A stretch of DNA of 32,330 nt from a virus (lineage: Duplodnaviria; Caudoviricetes), in IMG/VR virus record IMGVR_UViG_3300036886_000049, positions 1-32,330 of that record; one strand, written 5' to 3'. Below the pieces are notes generated by a model, which saw nothing but the letters and a program-made list of their open reading frames with translations, was not told the origin of the DNA and searched no databases. The position numbers and the translations under genes were made by a program. Positions 18,624 through 26,063 of this stretch are shown piece after piece. Position 1 is the stretch's first letter. Each line of letters opens with the position of its first letter.

Positions 18624-18652
18624 TCAATACTGCCGCTCTGTGAAGTTGTCAA
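18624..18652 (-). promoter_or_regulatory. sigma70-like promoter for tRNA + capsid
   Basis: TTGACA-17 nt-TATTGA(T), 6 nt before tRNA position 1 and just after a terminator. Confidence 0.6.
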
Positions 18653-18657
18653 TAGGC

Positions 18658-18687
18658 AAAGAAAAGCCCCTCCAGGGGGGAGGGGCT
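18658..18687 (-). terminator. Rho-independent terminator
   Basis: AGCCCCTCC-cccct-GGAGGGGCT followed by TTTCTTT. Confidence 0.85.
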
Positions 18688-18707
18688 GTCTCTCGCTTCG
18701 GTGGTCG

Positions 18708-19034
18708 TCAATAGTGCCGGGCAAATAGCCCGTCACACTCCTTGCCGGCCAGCGGCGAATTGTAGATCGCGTTCAGGTTTGCGATGCGTAGTGAAGTCAC
18801 GGATTCCGAAATCATCATAGTGGTGGAAGCAACGACCGCTTCATTCGGAGGGACGGCGAGTGCCGTCATGCTTTCAGCGGTGAAGGTCCCGCCTACTTCC
18901 TCCTGGATGGTGATCTTGGTTCCAATCATCGAGGCGGAAAAATCCGTCCCGTTGTTCGCCCCAAAGGCGAACGCTGGTACCAGCATCGCAACCAGCAAGG
19001 CTGCCAGTATCAGCGCGATCATGCCAGACTTCAC
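18708..19034 (-). CDS. Secreted/membrane hypothetical protein
   Basis: GGAGGT RBS + GTG 19034; signal peptide MKSGMIALILAALLVAMLVPAFA. Confidence 0.65.
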   Translation of the reverse strand: MKSGMIALILAALLVAMLVPAFAFGANNGTDFSASMIGTKITIQEEVGGTFTAESMTALAVPPNEAVVASTTMMISESVTSLRIANLNAIYNSPLAGKECDGLFARHY

Positions 19035-19083
19035 GATTGCACCTCCGCGTTTTTCATGCCCGCCGGCAAATTGAGAGACATGG

Positions 19084-19440
19084 TTATGAGGAGACCAGCC
19101 GGCTCCCGTCGCTGCTCCTGCCATTCAGGGCAACCGGCTCCCCGTCCGCGCCGTAGATGACGCCCGGGGTCAGCTTCGGCGGGGTCTTGTGGACTCCGAG
19201 AAGACGCTGGGCCTCCTCGCTGTAGTGAAAACCTGAGTGCTTCTCCACGACCTGCTCGCCGATGACCTCGCCCTGTCCGTTGACGTTCGGGATGGTGATG
19301 AACACGGCCCTCCGCTCTCCCTGCGGCTGCGGCCGTGCCCCCTGCTTTGACTCGAAGCGCCGGGCGTTCTCGGCCACTCGGTCCACCTGCCCCTTGGAAG
19401 CCTCGATGCTCTTGAGGATGTCCTCTTCCAGCTTGCCCAT
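19084..19440 (-). CDS. Hypothetical protein
   Basis: 118 aa, AGGAG RBS, phage-like codon use. Confidence 0.7.
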   Translation of the reverse strand: MGKLEEDILKSIEASKGQVDRVAENARRFESKQGARPQPQGERRAVFITIPNVNGQGEVIGEQVVEKHSGFHYSEEAQRLLGVHKTPPKLTPGVIYGADGEPVALNGRSSDGSRLVSS

Positions 19441-19443
19441 GGT

Positions 19444-20202
19444 CTATGCTCCTGCCGCCTTCGGACCGTGAACCGCTACCCACTCGGGGGAGTAGTTGCC
19501 CTGGCGGCCGTTGACCGCCGGCTTCTTGTCGCCCCCCCCACCTGCCCCTCCACCCTCTCCGGTAACGAACCCCTTCGGCTCCAGTTTCGCCTGCTCCGCG
19601 GCGATGTCCTTCAGGAAGTCGGGATCGTAGGCGACACCGCTGTTGATGAGGGCCGTCCGCGTTTTCTCCGAGTACCCCGCAAGCCTCTTCACCGCGAGGT
19701 TGTAGGCGGCCTCCGCAGCCTTGGAGTCGCCCCCCATTGCCGCGGTGAGCGCCTGCATCTTGTTCGCCTCCCCCTGGGCCTTTCGCGCCTCGGTGCGACC
19801 GGCCGCGGCCTTGGCGATGCCCTCGATTTTGGTCATGTACGCCTGGGCCTGCTTGCGCGTGTAGCCGTTGGCGTGAACGAAAGCCTTCGCGTCGTCCACG
19901 ACCTCTTTCGGGACGAACTTGTCGTCGTACTTGAGATCGTACTCCTCGGCCTTGGTGGGGAGGTCCATCCGCGCATGGAACTCGGCGACCTCCTCGGGAG
20001 GGCTGTCTTTCGTGGGGATGATGATGCCGCGCTCCTTAACCTTCTGCGCGAGGGAGGCGTGCTCAAGGAAAAGCTCGTTCACGTCTTTCCCGGCGTAGGA
20101 CTTCAGAACGTCGGCGTACTGCTCGCGGACCTCTTTCTTGACTTGGGAAGCAAACTTCGGCTCTGCGGCTTTCGCGGCGGCCTCTTCTTCAGGTGTTGCC
20201 AT
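19444..20202 (-). CDS. Capsid scaffolding protein
   Basis: P..DSPPEEVAEF..RMDLP.KAEEY.L motif, helical, between portal and capsid. Confidence 0.7.
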   Translation of the reverse strand: MATPEEEAAAKAAEPKFASQVKKEVREQYADVLKSYAGKDVNELFLEHASLAQKVKERGIIIPTKDSPPEEVAEFHARMDLPTKAEEYDLKYDDKFVPKEVVDDAKAFVHANGYTRKQAQAYMTKIEGIAKAAAGRTEARKAQGEANKMQALTAAMGGDSKAAEAAYNLAVKRLAGYSEKTRTALINSGVAYDPDFLKDIAAEQAKLEPKGFVTGEGGGAGGGGDKKPAVNGRQGNYSPEWVAVHGPKAAGA

Positions 20203-20551
20203 CTGTTCCTCCGATTTGTGTGAGTTCTGCGGTCACATCGTTCATGTTGGCCGTCGATAATAGCACCTTGGCTTCCGCGGTGTAAGCCCTGAGTGCTGCG
20301 GGGTCAGTGAGGTTCACGTTGGGCTCCTCGCCCTCCCGGATGCCCAGCATGGACAGGAGCCAGTTGTGGAACGCCACGAGGTCGGGCTTGATGCGCTCGG
20401 CCTCCGTCTCGTTGCATCCGCAGCGGTTGGCGATCGCCGAGAGCACCAGCTCCCCGTAGTCTCCCGTTCCCTGGAAGCACGCGATGAAGGCGGCCCGGAA
20501 GGCGTGCTGGATGCGCAACTCCAGAAGGCGCTCTTCGTTGGGTTCGCTCAT
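20189..20551 (-). CDS. Hypothetical protein (Bbp19-like position)
   Basis: F.GT..GELVL..IA..C pattern; ATGA overlap. Confidence 0.6.
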   Translation of the reverse strand: MSEPNEERLLELRIQHAFRAAFIACFQGTGDYGELVLSAIANRCGCNETEAERIKPDLVAFHNWLLSMLGIREGEEPNVNLTDPAALRAYTAEAKVLLSTANMNDVTAELTQIGGTDGNT

Positions 20552-20823
20552 GCCCCGTCCAACTCGTTCGCGCCCTTGATGTGCGAGGCCCCGCAGATGA
20601 AGGCAGCAGCGGTAACGGACCGCTTGATGTCCTCCTCGGAAAGGTGAGCGCCCTGCACTTCCACCATTCCGTCCGTGTAGGCGAGGATGATGACGAACCC
20701 CGCGATGTGCTCGCCCTGGCAGTGCTTGGCGAGGGCGTTCTCGGCGCCAGCCGCGGCGATCATCTTCGGAGCGTTTCGCACGGGAGGGCCGGGCCTCCAG
20801 AGCTTGTTGTTGTTCTCGCTCAC
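20548..20823 (-). CDS. Hypothetical protein
   Basis: Coupled 4-bp overlaps on both sides. Confidence 0.65.
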   Translation of the reverse strand: MSENNNKLWRPGPPVRNAPKMIAAAGAENALAKHCQGEHIAGFVIILAYTDGMVEVQGAHLSEEDIKRSVTAAAFICGASHIKGANELDGA

Positions 20824-21035
20824 GACTTTCCGAACCCGTGCTTCTTCATCAGGTCCTTGGCGTCCTTGTCCGCCTCGGCTTCCGCCATGACCCGCTGGTA
20901 GTTTCCGAGGAAGATCCCCGCGTACTCCTTCATCATCGTGAGAAGGTTCGCCAAGCCGTTCTTGTTCGCCCGAATAGCGTCCTCAAGCTCGGCGACCCTC
21001 GCCTTCAGCGCCGCGTTCTCCTGTTCCAAATCCAT
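20820..21035 (-). CDS. Hypothetical coiled-coil protein
   Basis: AGGAGG RBS; LEQENAALKARVAELE. Confidence 0.7.
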   Translation of the reverse strand: MDLEQENAALKARVAELEDAIRANKNGLANLLTMMKEYAGIFLGNYQRVMAEAEADKDAKDLMKKHGFGKS

Positions 21036-21044
21036 GCCATCCTC

Positions 21045-22784
21045 CTATCCAAGTGCCGACCCCATCGTGGCCGGTGCGGGCTGCGCCATCGGCTGCGCTG
21101 CGCCCTGTACGATCGCGCCCTTGGCGTTGGCCGCCGTGGCGCGAGCTCGATCCAGATTTATGCGGGATTCAGTCTCTTTCTGTTGCGTGATCGCCTGCTG
21201 CTGTGCCGCCGCGGCCCTTCCCTGGCGGATCCGCTGCACGTCCACCATGTTGCGAATCACGTCCTTCGCCATGTCATAGGAGACCCCGATGTCCCGCGCG
21301 TACTGGCTCAGGTCGAAGTTGTCCAGAACGTCTCCGGGCTGGCCCGCGGAGAGCTGCATCTGCACCAGCGCGTTGATCTGCTGGAGGGCGGCCATCGTGG
21401 AGTTAAGGACGAGCTGTTGCCGCTGCATCTGCCAGAGAGGGCCGACGAAGTTGAGCTTCATCTGGCGGCCCTGCGCGCTGCGCGGGGGAGCGCCGAGCCG
21501 GCCGGCCCGAAGTTCCATGAAGAAGAGGTCCTTCAGGAGCGGCTCGACGTATTCGACCTCCAGACGCGAGGAGAACGCGGCCAGCATGGCGGCCTTCTCG
21601 CTCTGGAGGCCGTTGACGCCAGTGGCCGTGCTCTTGGTGATGGCGTCCAGGTTCTGCGTGAGGACGAGGAAGAAGTCCTTGTGGTAGCCGGCCTGCACGT
21701 TCTTCTGGATGGCGAGGTACCGCCCCTCCAGCATCCGTGGGTCGCCCTCCACCTTCTCCCGCTGGTAGTCCTGACCGGGAGGGAGGTAGCTCACATCGCC
21801 AGGGACCCGGGTGATACGGCCGCGGGCGCCGATCGTCGCCTTGATCGACGGGTCGGCCATCCGCTGGCTGATCTTCAGCATGTCCTGGCTCATGGAGTTG
21901 AGCATCTTGATGTTCCCGAGCTGGAGCATCCCGGGGGCGCCCTGGCCCCACGGGCCTGCGTCGTAGCTGCGCATGTAGCGCGCGGCGAAGAAGGGCTTCG
22001 TCTGGTGCGGGTCAATTCTCAGCGGGTGGAACCAGTCGCACAGCGGGAGGGTGATCTCCACGTACTCCCCGGCCGGAACCTCGAAGTCCAACTCCGGGCT
22101 GTACTTCGTCTGCGGGAAGCAGAAGGAGATGAGCATCCAGAGCTGGTCCTTGTTCTGGTCGTAGGCATCCTGGATGGCCGGCGGGCACGCCTCGTATCCG
22201 TACTCCGCGACGATGTTCTGCGCGCTCCACCAAATGTCACGGATGAGCACGTCCACCGCTCCCCACTGGTCGTTGTCGATGTAGCACCGATTCAGGTGCA
22301 GCGTCTTGTAGGAGGGCCTACCGAGGGCCGCATTCTCCTGTCGCCACATGATGCCGGTGGAGAAGTCCAGGAGGGATCGGAGGAAGATGCGAAGCTCGTC
22401 CTTCCACGGCGAGACGTGAAGTTGCTTGTAGACCTGCTTCTCTGCCTTCTGGAGGAACATGCCCGCGTTCTCGTTCATCTTCTCGTCGTCGAACTCCATG
22501 CGAAACCAGACGTTGGAAAAGCCGTAGCCCAGGAGTCCGTCCGCGCACTGGAGGCTGGACTCGGGGGCGGTCCAGTCGAAAATCTTCATGCCCGTGTTCG
22601 GCGATCGCCCGCTTTGCTCGGGGTCGCTCCTGATGTACCAGTCACTCATGTCCTGGTTCACGAAGGAGGCGATCTCGCGCATCGTGTTGTCTTTGAACAT
22701 GCGCACCTTCCACCGCTGGTGGTAGATGTGCTGGAGTTGGGTGATGCTGTAGTTGGAGATCGGGAGGGAGAGGCTCATCTCCAC
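21045..22784 (-). CDS. Portal (head-tail connector) protein
   Basis: IFDWTA, WFRM, PFFAARY, WGQGAPG, TATGV..EK..ML....SRLE.EYVEPL motifs of podoviral portals; start may be ATG 22778. Confidence 0.9.
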   Translation of the reverse strand: MEMSLSLPISNYSITQLQHIYHQRWKVRMFKDNTMREIASFVNQDMSDWYIRSDPEQSGRSPNTGMKIFDWTAPESSLQCADGLLGYGFSNVWFRMEFDDEKMNENAGMFLQKAEKQVYKQLHVSPWKDELRIFLRSLLDFSTGIMWRQENAALGRPSYKTLHLNRCYIDNDQWGAVDVLIRDIWWSAQNIVAEYGYEACPPAIQDAYDQNKDQLWMLISFCFPQTKYSPELDFEVPAGEYVEITLPLCDWFHPLRIDPHQTKPFFAARYMRSYDAGPWGQGAPGMLQLGNIKMLNSMSQDMLKISQRMADPSIKATIGARGRITRVPGDVSYLPPGQDYQREKVEGDPRMLEGRYLAIQKNVQAGYHKDFFLVLTQNLDAITKSTATGVNGLQSEKAAMLAAFSSRLEVEYVEPLLKDLFFMELRAGRLGAPPRSAQGRQMKLNFVGPLWQMQRQQLVLNSTMAALQQINALVQMQLSAGQPGDVLDNFDLSQYARDIGVSYDMAKDVIRNMVDVQRIRQGRAAAAQQQAITQQKETESRINLDRARATAANAKGAIVQGAAQPMAQPAPATMGSALG

Positions 22785-23551
22785 GCTCCCCCGCCGGCCT
22801 GTAGCGGAACGTCGTGCGCGGAGTCGTCCTTCGCCGTGAAGGCGGCAAGGGGGTCCCAGGAATCACTCTCGTCCTTCGGGAGGACCTCGCCCTCGACGAT
22901 CTCGTTCTCGTTGTAGTGGACCCACCACGCGGCCATGAGGATGCAGATCACGAGGTCGTCGTGGAGATCCTCGGTCTCGGCCATGTACTTTTGCTTTTTC
23001 TTGTTGAAGTTGAACCCCGTGAGTTGCGCCTCGATGGCCTCCCGGAAGGGGAGGTCCTTGGCGAAAGCAAGGCGTCCCTGCTCCAGGAGAAGCCCGCCAT
23101 CGGCAACGAGATCGCGCCGTGGCACCAGCCACTCCTTGATCGTGCGCATGGGGGAAAGCTCTCCCGAGCGGGACTCCCCGAAGACGCGGCCGATCTCCTC
23201 GTACACGGGATGCGCTCGGCCACCGTTGGTGAAGACGATGCTGTGCGGGAAACCCCCGAGCTTGCGGAGACGCTCGACTACCGCATCGCCGACGCCGGTT
23301 CCGTCCACCAACTCGTCGCAGTTGCCGCGAAGTTCCTTGCGGCGGATGAGGGCCATGTAGCGCCGCTCCATATCCTCATACCTGAGATTCTCGTCATGCC
23401 ACGCCCACACGCACTGAAGTTCGGAGAGGAGTCGGTCTGAGGATCCTGCCCGAGGGTCGCCATCGACGTAAGAGTACGACCGCTTGAACACGGCCTCCGC
23501 GTATCTATCGCGCTTCGAAGCTATGTCGAAGACGGCCAGGAACTCCTTGAT
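22775..23551 (-). CDS. Terminase large subunit, nuclease (RNase H-like) domain as a separate gene
   Basis: LAVFDIASKRD, LVDGTGVGDAVVE, HDDLVICI acidic motifs; proposed ATC start at 23551 after AGGAGG. Confidence 0.8.
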   Translation of the reverse strand: MKEFLAVFDIASKRDRYAEAVFKRSYSYVDGDPRAGSSDRLLSELQCVWAWHDENLRYEDMERRYMALIRRKELRGNCDELVDGTGVGDAVVERLRKLGGFPHSIVFTNGGRAHPVYEEIGRVFGESRSGELSPMRTIKEWLVPRRDLVADGGLLLEQGRLAFAKDLPFREAIEAQLTGFNFNKKKQKYMAETEDLHDDLVICILMAAWWVHYNENEIVEGEVLPKDESDSWDPLAAFTAKDDSAHDVPLQAGGGAWR

Positions 23552-23552
23552 T

Positions 23553-24236
23553 TTAGGCGGCCCTCCTATTGCCTTTGGCGAGATTTTCTGTCGCCCACAG
23601 CGGTTGGAGGTTTGTCCAATGCGAAGCCACGAACACAAGCGAGGAATCTTTTTTGAAAGGGAACCAGGAAATAGGGACGATGTGATCGACGTGCCACTCG
23701 CCGTAGTTCTCCCACGTCATGCCGGGTTTGAACAGAGATTCGAGATGGTTACGCAGGAATCCAGGTGAACATCCGATGAGTTGTCTTGTCCTGACGCTGG
23801 CGGTCTTCTCTTGGATCATTCGGCTGACAGCGGACCACGGAACCCTGTATCCGGGGTTATCCCTGTCGCGCCTTTTTTGCCATTCGTTCTTGAGAATGTT
23901 GTGACGACCTGGATTTTTTAGACGCCACTCGCGTGATCTTTCCCGTGCGCGCTCCCTGTTTTTTTCGGAGTATTTTAGGCACCTCGCAAGGAACTTACCG
24001 GGATCTTCGGCGTATTCTTTGCGCCTTCTCTCAGCGATCTCCTCCCTATGTTTCGCATCATACTTTCGCCTCACTTCGAGAATATGATCGTGGTTGGCCT
24101 TCTGGTAGCGCTTGATGCCCTGCCTGATTGTCTCGGTTCCTCCGGGATGAGCCTTCCTCCAGAGACGAGTCCTCTCACGAGCCTCCTCGCGGTGCTCCCT
24201 CTGGTATTTGCGATGTTCCTCCCGTCGGTCCTTCAT
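23553..24236 (-). CDS. HNH endonuclease (homing-type)
   Basis: HLESLFKPGMTWENYGEWHVDHIVP..HWTNLQPLWATENLAKGN; charged helical N-terminus; more AT-rich than flanks. Confidence 0.9.
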   Translation of the reverse strand: MKDRREEHRKYQREHREEARERTRLWRKAHPGGTETIRQGIKRYQKANHDHILEVRRKYDAKHREEIAERRRKEYAEDPGKFLARCLKYSEKNRERARERSREWRLKNPGRHNILKNEWQKRRDRDNPGYRVPWSAVSRMIQEKTASVRTRQLIGCSPGFLRNHLESLFKPGMTWENYGEWHVDHIVPISWFPFKKDSSLVFVASHWTNLQPLWATENLAKGNRRAA

Positions 24237-24239
24237 TGC

Positions 24240-24476
24240 TCAGTCGCCCGGGCAGTCGCCGTCCATGTCCATCGCGGGTTCGGCCGGGTCCCAGGGCTTG
24301 CCGTCCGAGCGCTGCGCGCCCTTGACGTAGTTTCCCGGCGCGGGCCACGGGGAAATCGGGACACGCCCGCCAGGGGTGTAGGCGGGAGCGGGGAGTGCGT
24401 TCCCGGGGTAGGGGTTGGAGATCCGCACCGCGTTTCTTCCGCCAGGGAGGGCGGGATTGCTCTTGCTCTTCGCCAT
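24240..24476 (-). CDS. Pro/Gly-rich hypothetical protein (78 aa, MAKSKSNPALPGG...)
   Basis: ATG overlaps the TAA of the upstream gene (TAATG). Confidence 0.6.
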   Translation of the reverse strand: MAKSKSNPALPGGRNAVRISNPYPGNALPAPAYTPGGRVPISPWPAPGNYVKGAQRSDGKPWDPAEPAMDMDGDCPGD

Positions 24477-24763
24477 TACGAGTTGGGGATCTGGGAAGCG
24501 GTCACCATCGCCGCCACCTCGGTCGGGGTGCAGAGCACCATGAAGACCTGGCCGTGGTTCCCCAGGGCGACCAGCTCGTCCATCGCGGCCTTCAGTCCCT
24601 TGACCTTCACGCAGTCCAACTCCGAGGGGGTCCCGTTGCCTCCCAGGAGAGCCGCCTGTACGCTGGCGCCAACGGTGCTGAAGTTGCGGTTCAGGCACTG
24701 CTTCAGCGTGAGCGATGCGCCTCCGACTTCCGTCGAGTCGATTTCCAGAATGTCGACAATGAT
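24476..24763 (-). CDS. Hypothetical protein with non-canonical ATC/ATT start (95 aa; not in the ORF track)
   Basis: GGAGG-8 nt-ATC ATT GTC GAC ATT CTG GAA...; GC3-rich codons; ends TAATG coupled to the next gene. Confidence 0.65.
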   Translation of the reverse strand: MIVDILEIDSTEVGGASLTLKQCLNRNFSTVGASVQAALLGGNGTPSELDCVKVKGLKAAMDELVALGNHGQVFMVLCTPTEVAAMVTASQIPNS

Positions 24764-24795
24764 GGCGTTACCCTCCCGGCAACAGTGTTGCCTCG

Positions 24796-24952
24796 AAAAA
24801 GTTGGGGCGGAAGCGGGCGCCGTGAGGATGAGTCAACGGTGCCGCGGCGAAGACTCCCTTCACGGGAGGCTGACACGAGTGGGTCGGGGAGTGTTTAGCT
24901 TCCCGATACTCGCACGGAGGATGGCCGTGCCGCGCGGTCTATCCCGCCCCTT
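24796..24952 (-). ncRNA. Candidate multi-stem ncRNA / structured leader
   Basis: Closing stem GGGGCGGGA/TTCCGCCCC, several internal hairpins, trailing U-run, promoter directly upstream. Confidence 0.55.
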
Positions 24953-24959
24953 GCTGTCG

Positions 24960-24988
24960 AGAATGTGTCGAATCGCGGGGAGAGTCAA
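24960..24988 (-). promoter_or_regulatory. sigma70-like promoter
   Basis: TTGACT-17 nt-CATTCT. Confidence 0.5.
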
Positions 24989-25134
24989 GTGCGCGACCGC
25001 TCCGCGTTGGTCTTCTTCACCTGCCGGTAGAGAGCCACGAGGGCCTGCTGCTGGCGGTTGGCCTTGTAGCCGTGTTCGATCTCGATCTCGACTGTCTCGG
25101 CCACATTCAACGCCTCGCTTACGGACATGCTCAT
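24985..25134 (-). CDS. Small hypothetical protein (49 aa, MSMSVSEALNVAETVEIEIEHGYKANRQQQALVALYRQVKKTNAERSRT)
   Basis: ATGA overlap with the terL ATPase stop; below the ORF-track cutoff. Confidence 0.55.
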   Translation of the reverse strand: MSMSVSEALNVAETVEIEIEHGYKANRQQQALVALYRQVKKTNAERSRT

Positions 25135-26057
25135 TCCTCGATCTCCTCCGGTTCCTCTCGGAACGCCTGTATGTCGTCACGCACGATGACCCCGGACTTC
25201 AGAGCCCGCAGGTCCTCGCCAACGGCGAATGCGCGCGCGATGTCGCTGTAGCTGAAAAGCTGGGCGTCCGGCTCGACGAACTCCCCGCACTGCTCTTGGC
25301 GGTACTGTTGCTGGCCGAGGTTCTTGAGCTGGACGTTGAGTTGGTGGTCGAGGTTGCGGTGCCGGGGGGAGTAGTAGCCGATGATCCCCTTCGTCTCCTG
25401 CTCCGCGGAGAACTCCTCCTCGGTCTGCATCATCTCAAGGGAGGTCCCGCTGGTCGGGGTGTAGGGCGAGCGCACGTAGTACCGCTCCCAGGATCGGTCG
25501 TGGAAGACTCGGAAGAAGAAGCCGGTCCGGCCGTTGGGCGTGGAGGGGACGAGGAGCTCGCAGTCGGGGTTGTCCGTGAGCATGGGGATGATACCGCTGG
25601 TGATCGCAACGTCTTCGACGCGGGACGCCTCATCGACGATGATGACCGAAGGCTTGCTGCGGCCGCGAGCGGATTTCTCGGTGGTGCAGAGGACCTCGAT
25701 GCGGCTCTCGTCTTCGGTGACGACAAGGGAGTCGGACTCCCGGATGAGCTTGGGGTAGGTTGGGTCGCGGGCCATACAGGCTTTGATCTTCAGCATGTCG
25801 TCGGTGGCCTGGTCCTCGGTGGCGGCCAGAACGAGGATCCGCGAGCCCGGCTTGTACTTGGCCGTGTGCGTTGGCACCACGGCGATGATGCTGGACTTCC
25901 CCGCCTGCCGGGCGCAGTTGAGGCACTTGAACTTGTGAGTCGAGGCCAGGAGGCGGCGCTGCCAAGAGAAAAGCACAAAGCCGGCAACGAGTTTCGCGTA
26001 GCGGACGCGATCCATTGCATAGACCGCGTCCTCATACGCCCGATGATCAAGCATCAA
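25131..26057 (-). CDS. Terminase large subunit, ATPase domain as a separate gene
   Basis: Walker A CARQAGKS, Walker B IIVDEA, coupling motif STPNG, YRQEQCGEF; stops before any nuclease domain. Confidence 0.9.
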   Translation of the reverse strand: MMLDHRAYEDAVYAMDRVRYAKLVAGFVLFSWQRRLLASTHKFKCLNCARQAGKSSIIAVVPTHTAKYKPGSRILVLAATEDQATDDMLKIKACMARDPTYPKLIRESDSLVVTEDESRIEVLCTTEKSARGRSKPSVIIVDEASRVEDVAITSGIIPMLTDNPDCELLVPSTPNGRTGFFFRVFHDRSWERYYVRSPYTPTSGTSLEMMQTEEEFSAEQETKGIIGYYSPRHRNLDHQLNVQLKNLGQQQYRQEQCGEFVEPDAQLFSYSDIARAFAVGEDLRALKSGVIVRDDIQAFREEPEEIEE

Positions 26058-26063
26058 GAAAGG

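Noticed and set aside
23552-25130. Group I/II intron or intein interrupting terL
   Set aside because: Gap holds coupled ORFs with own RBSs and a promoter; no recognisable intron core or intein termini; ATPase ends with a normal stop. Not excluded without RT-PCR
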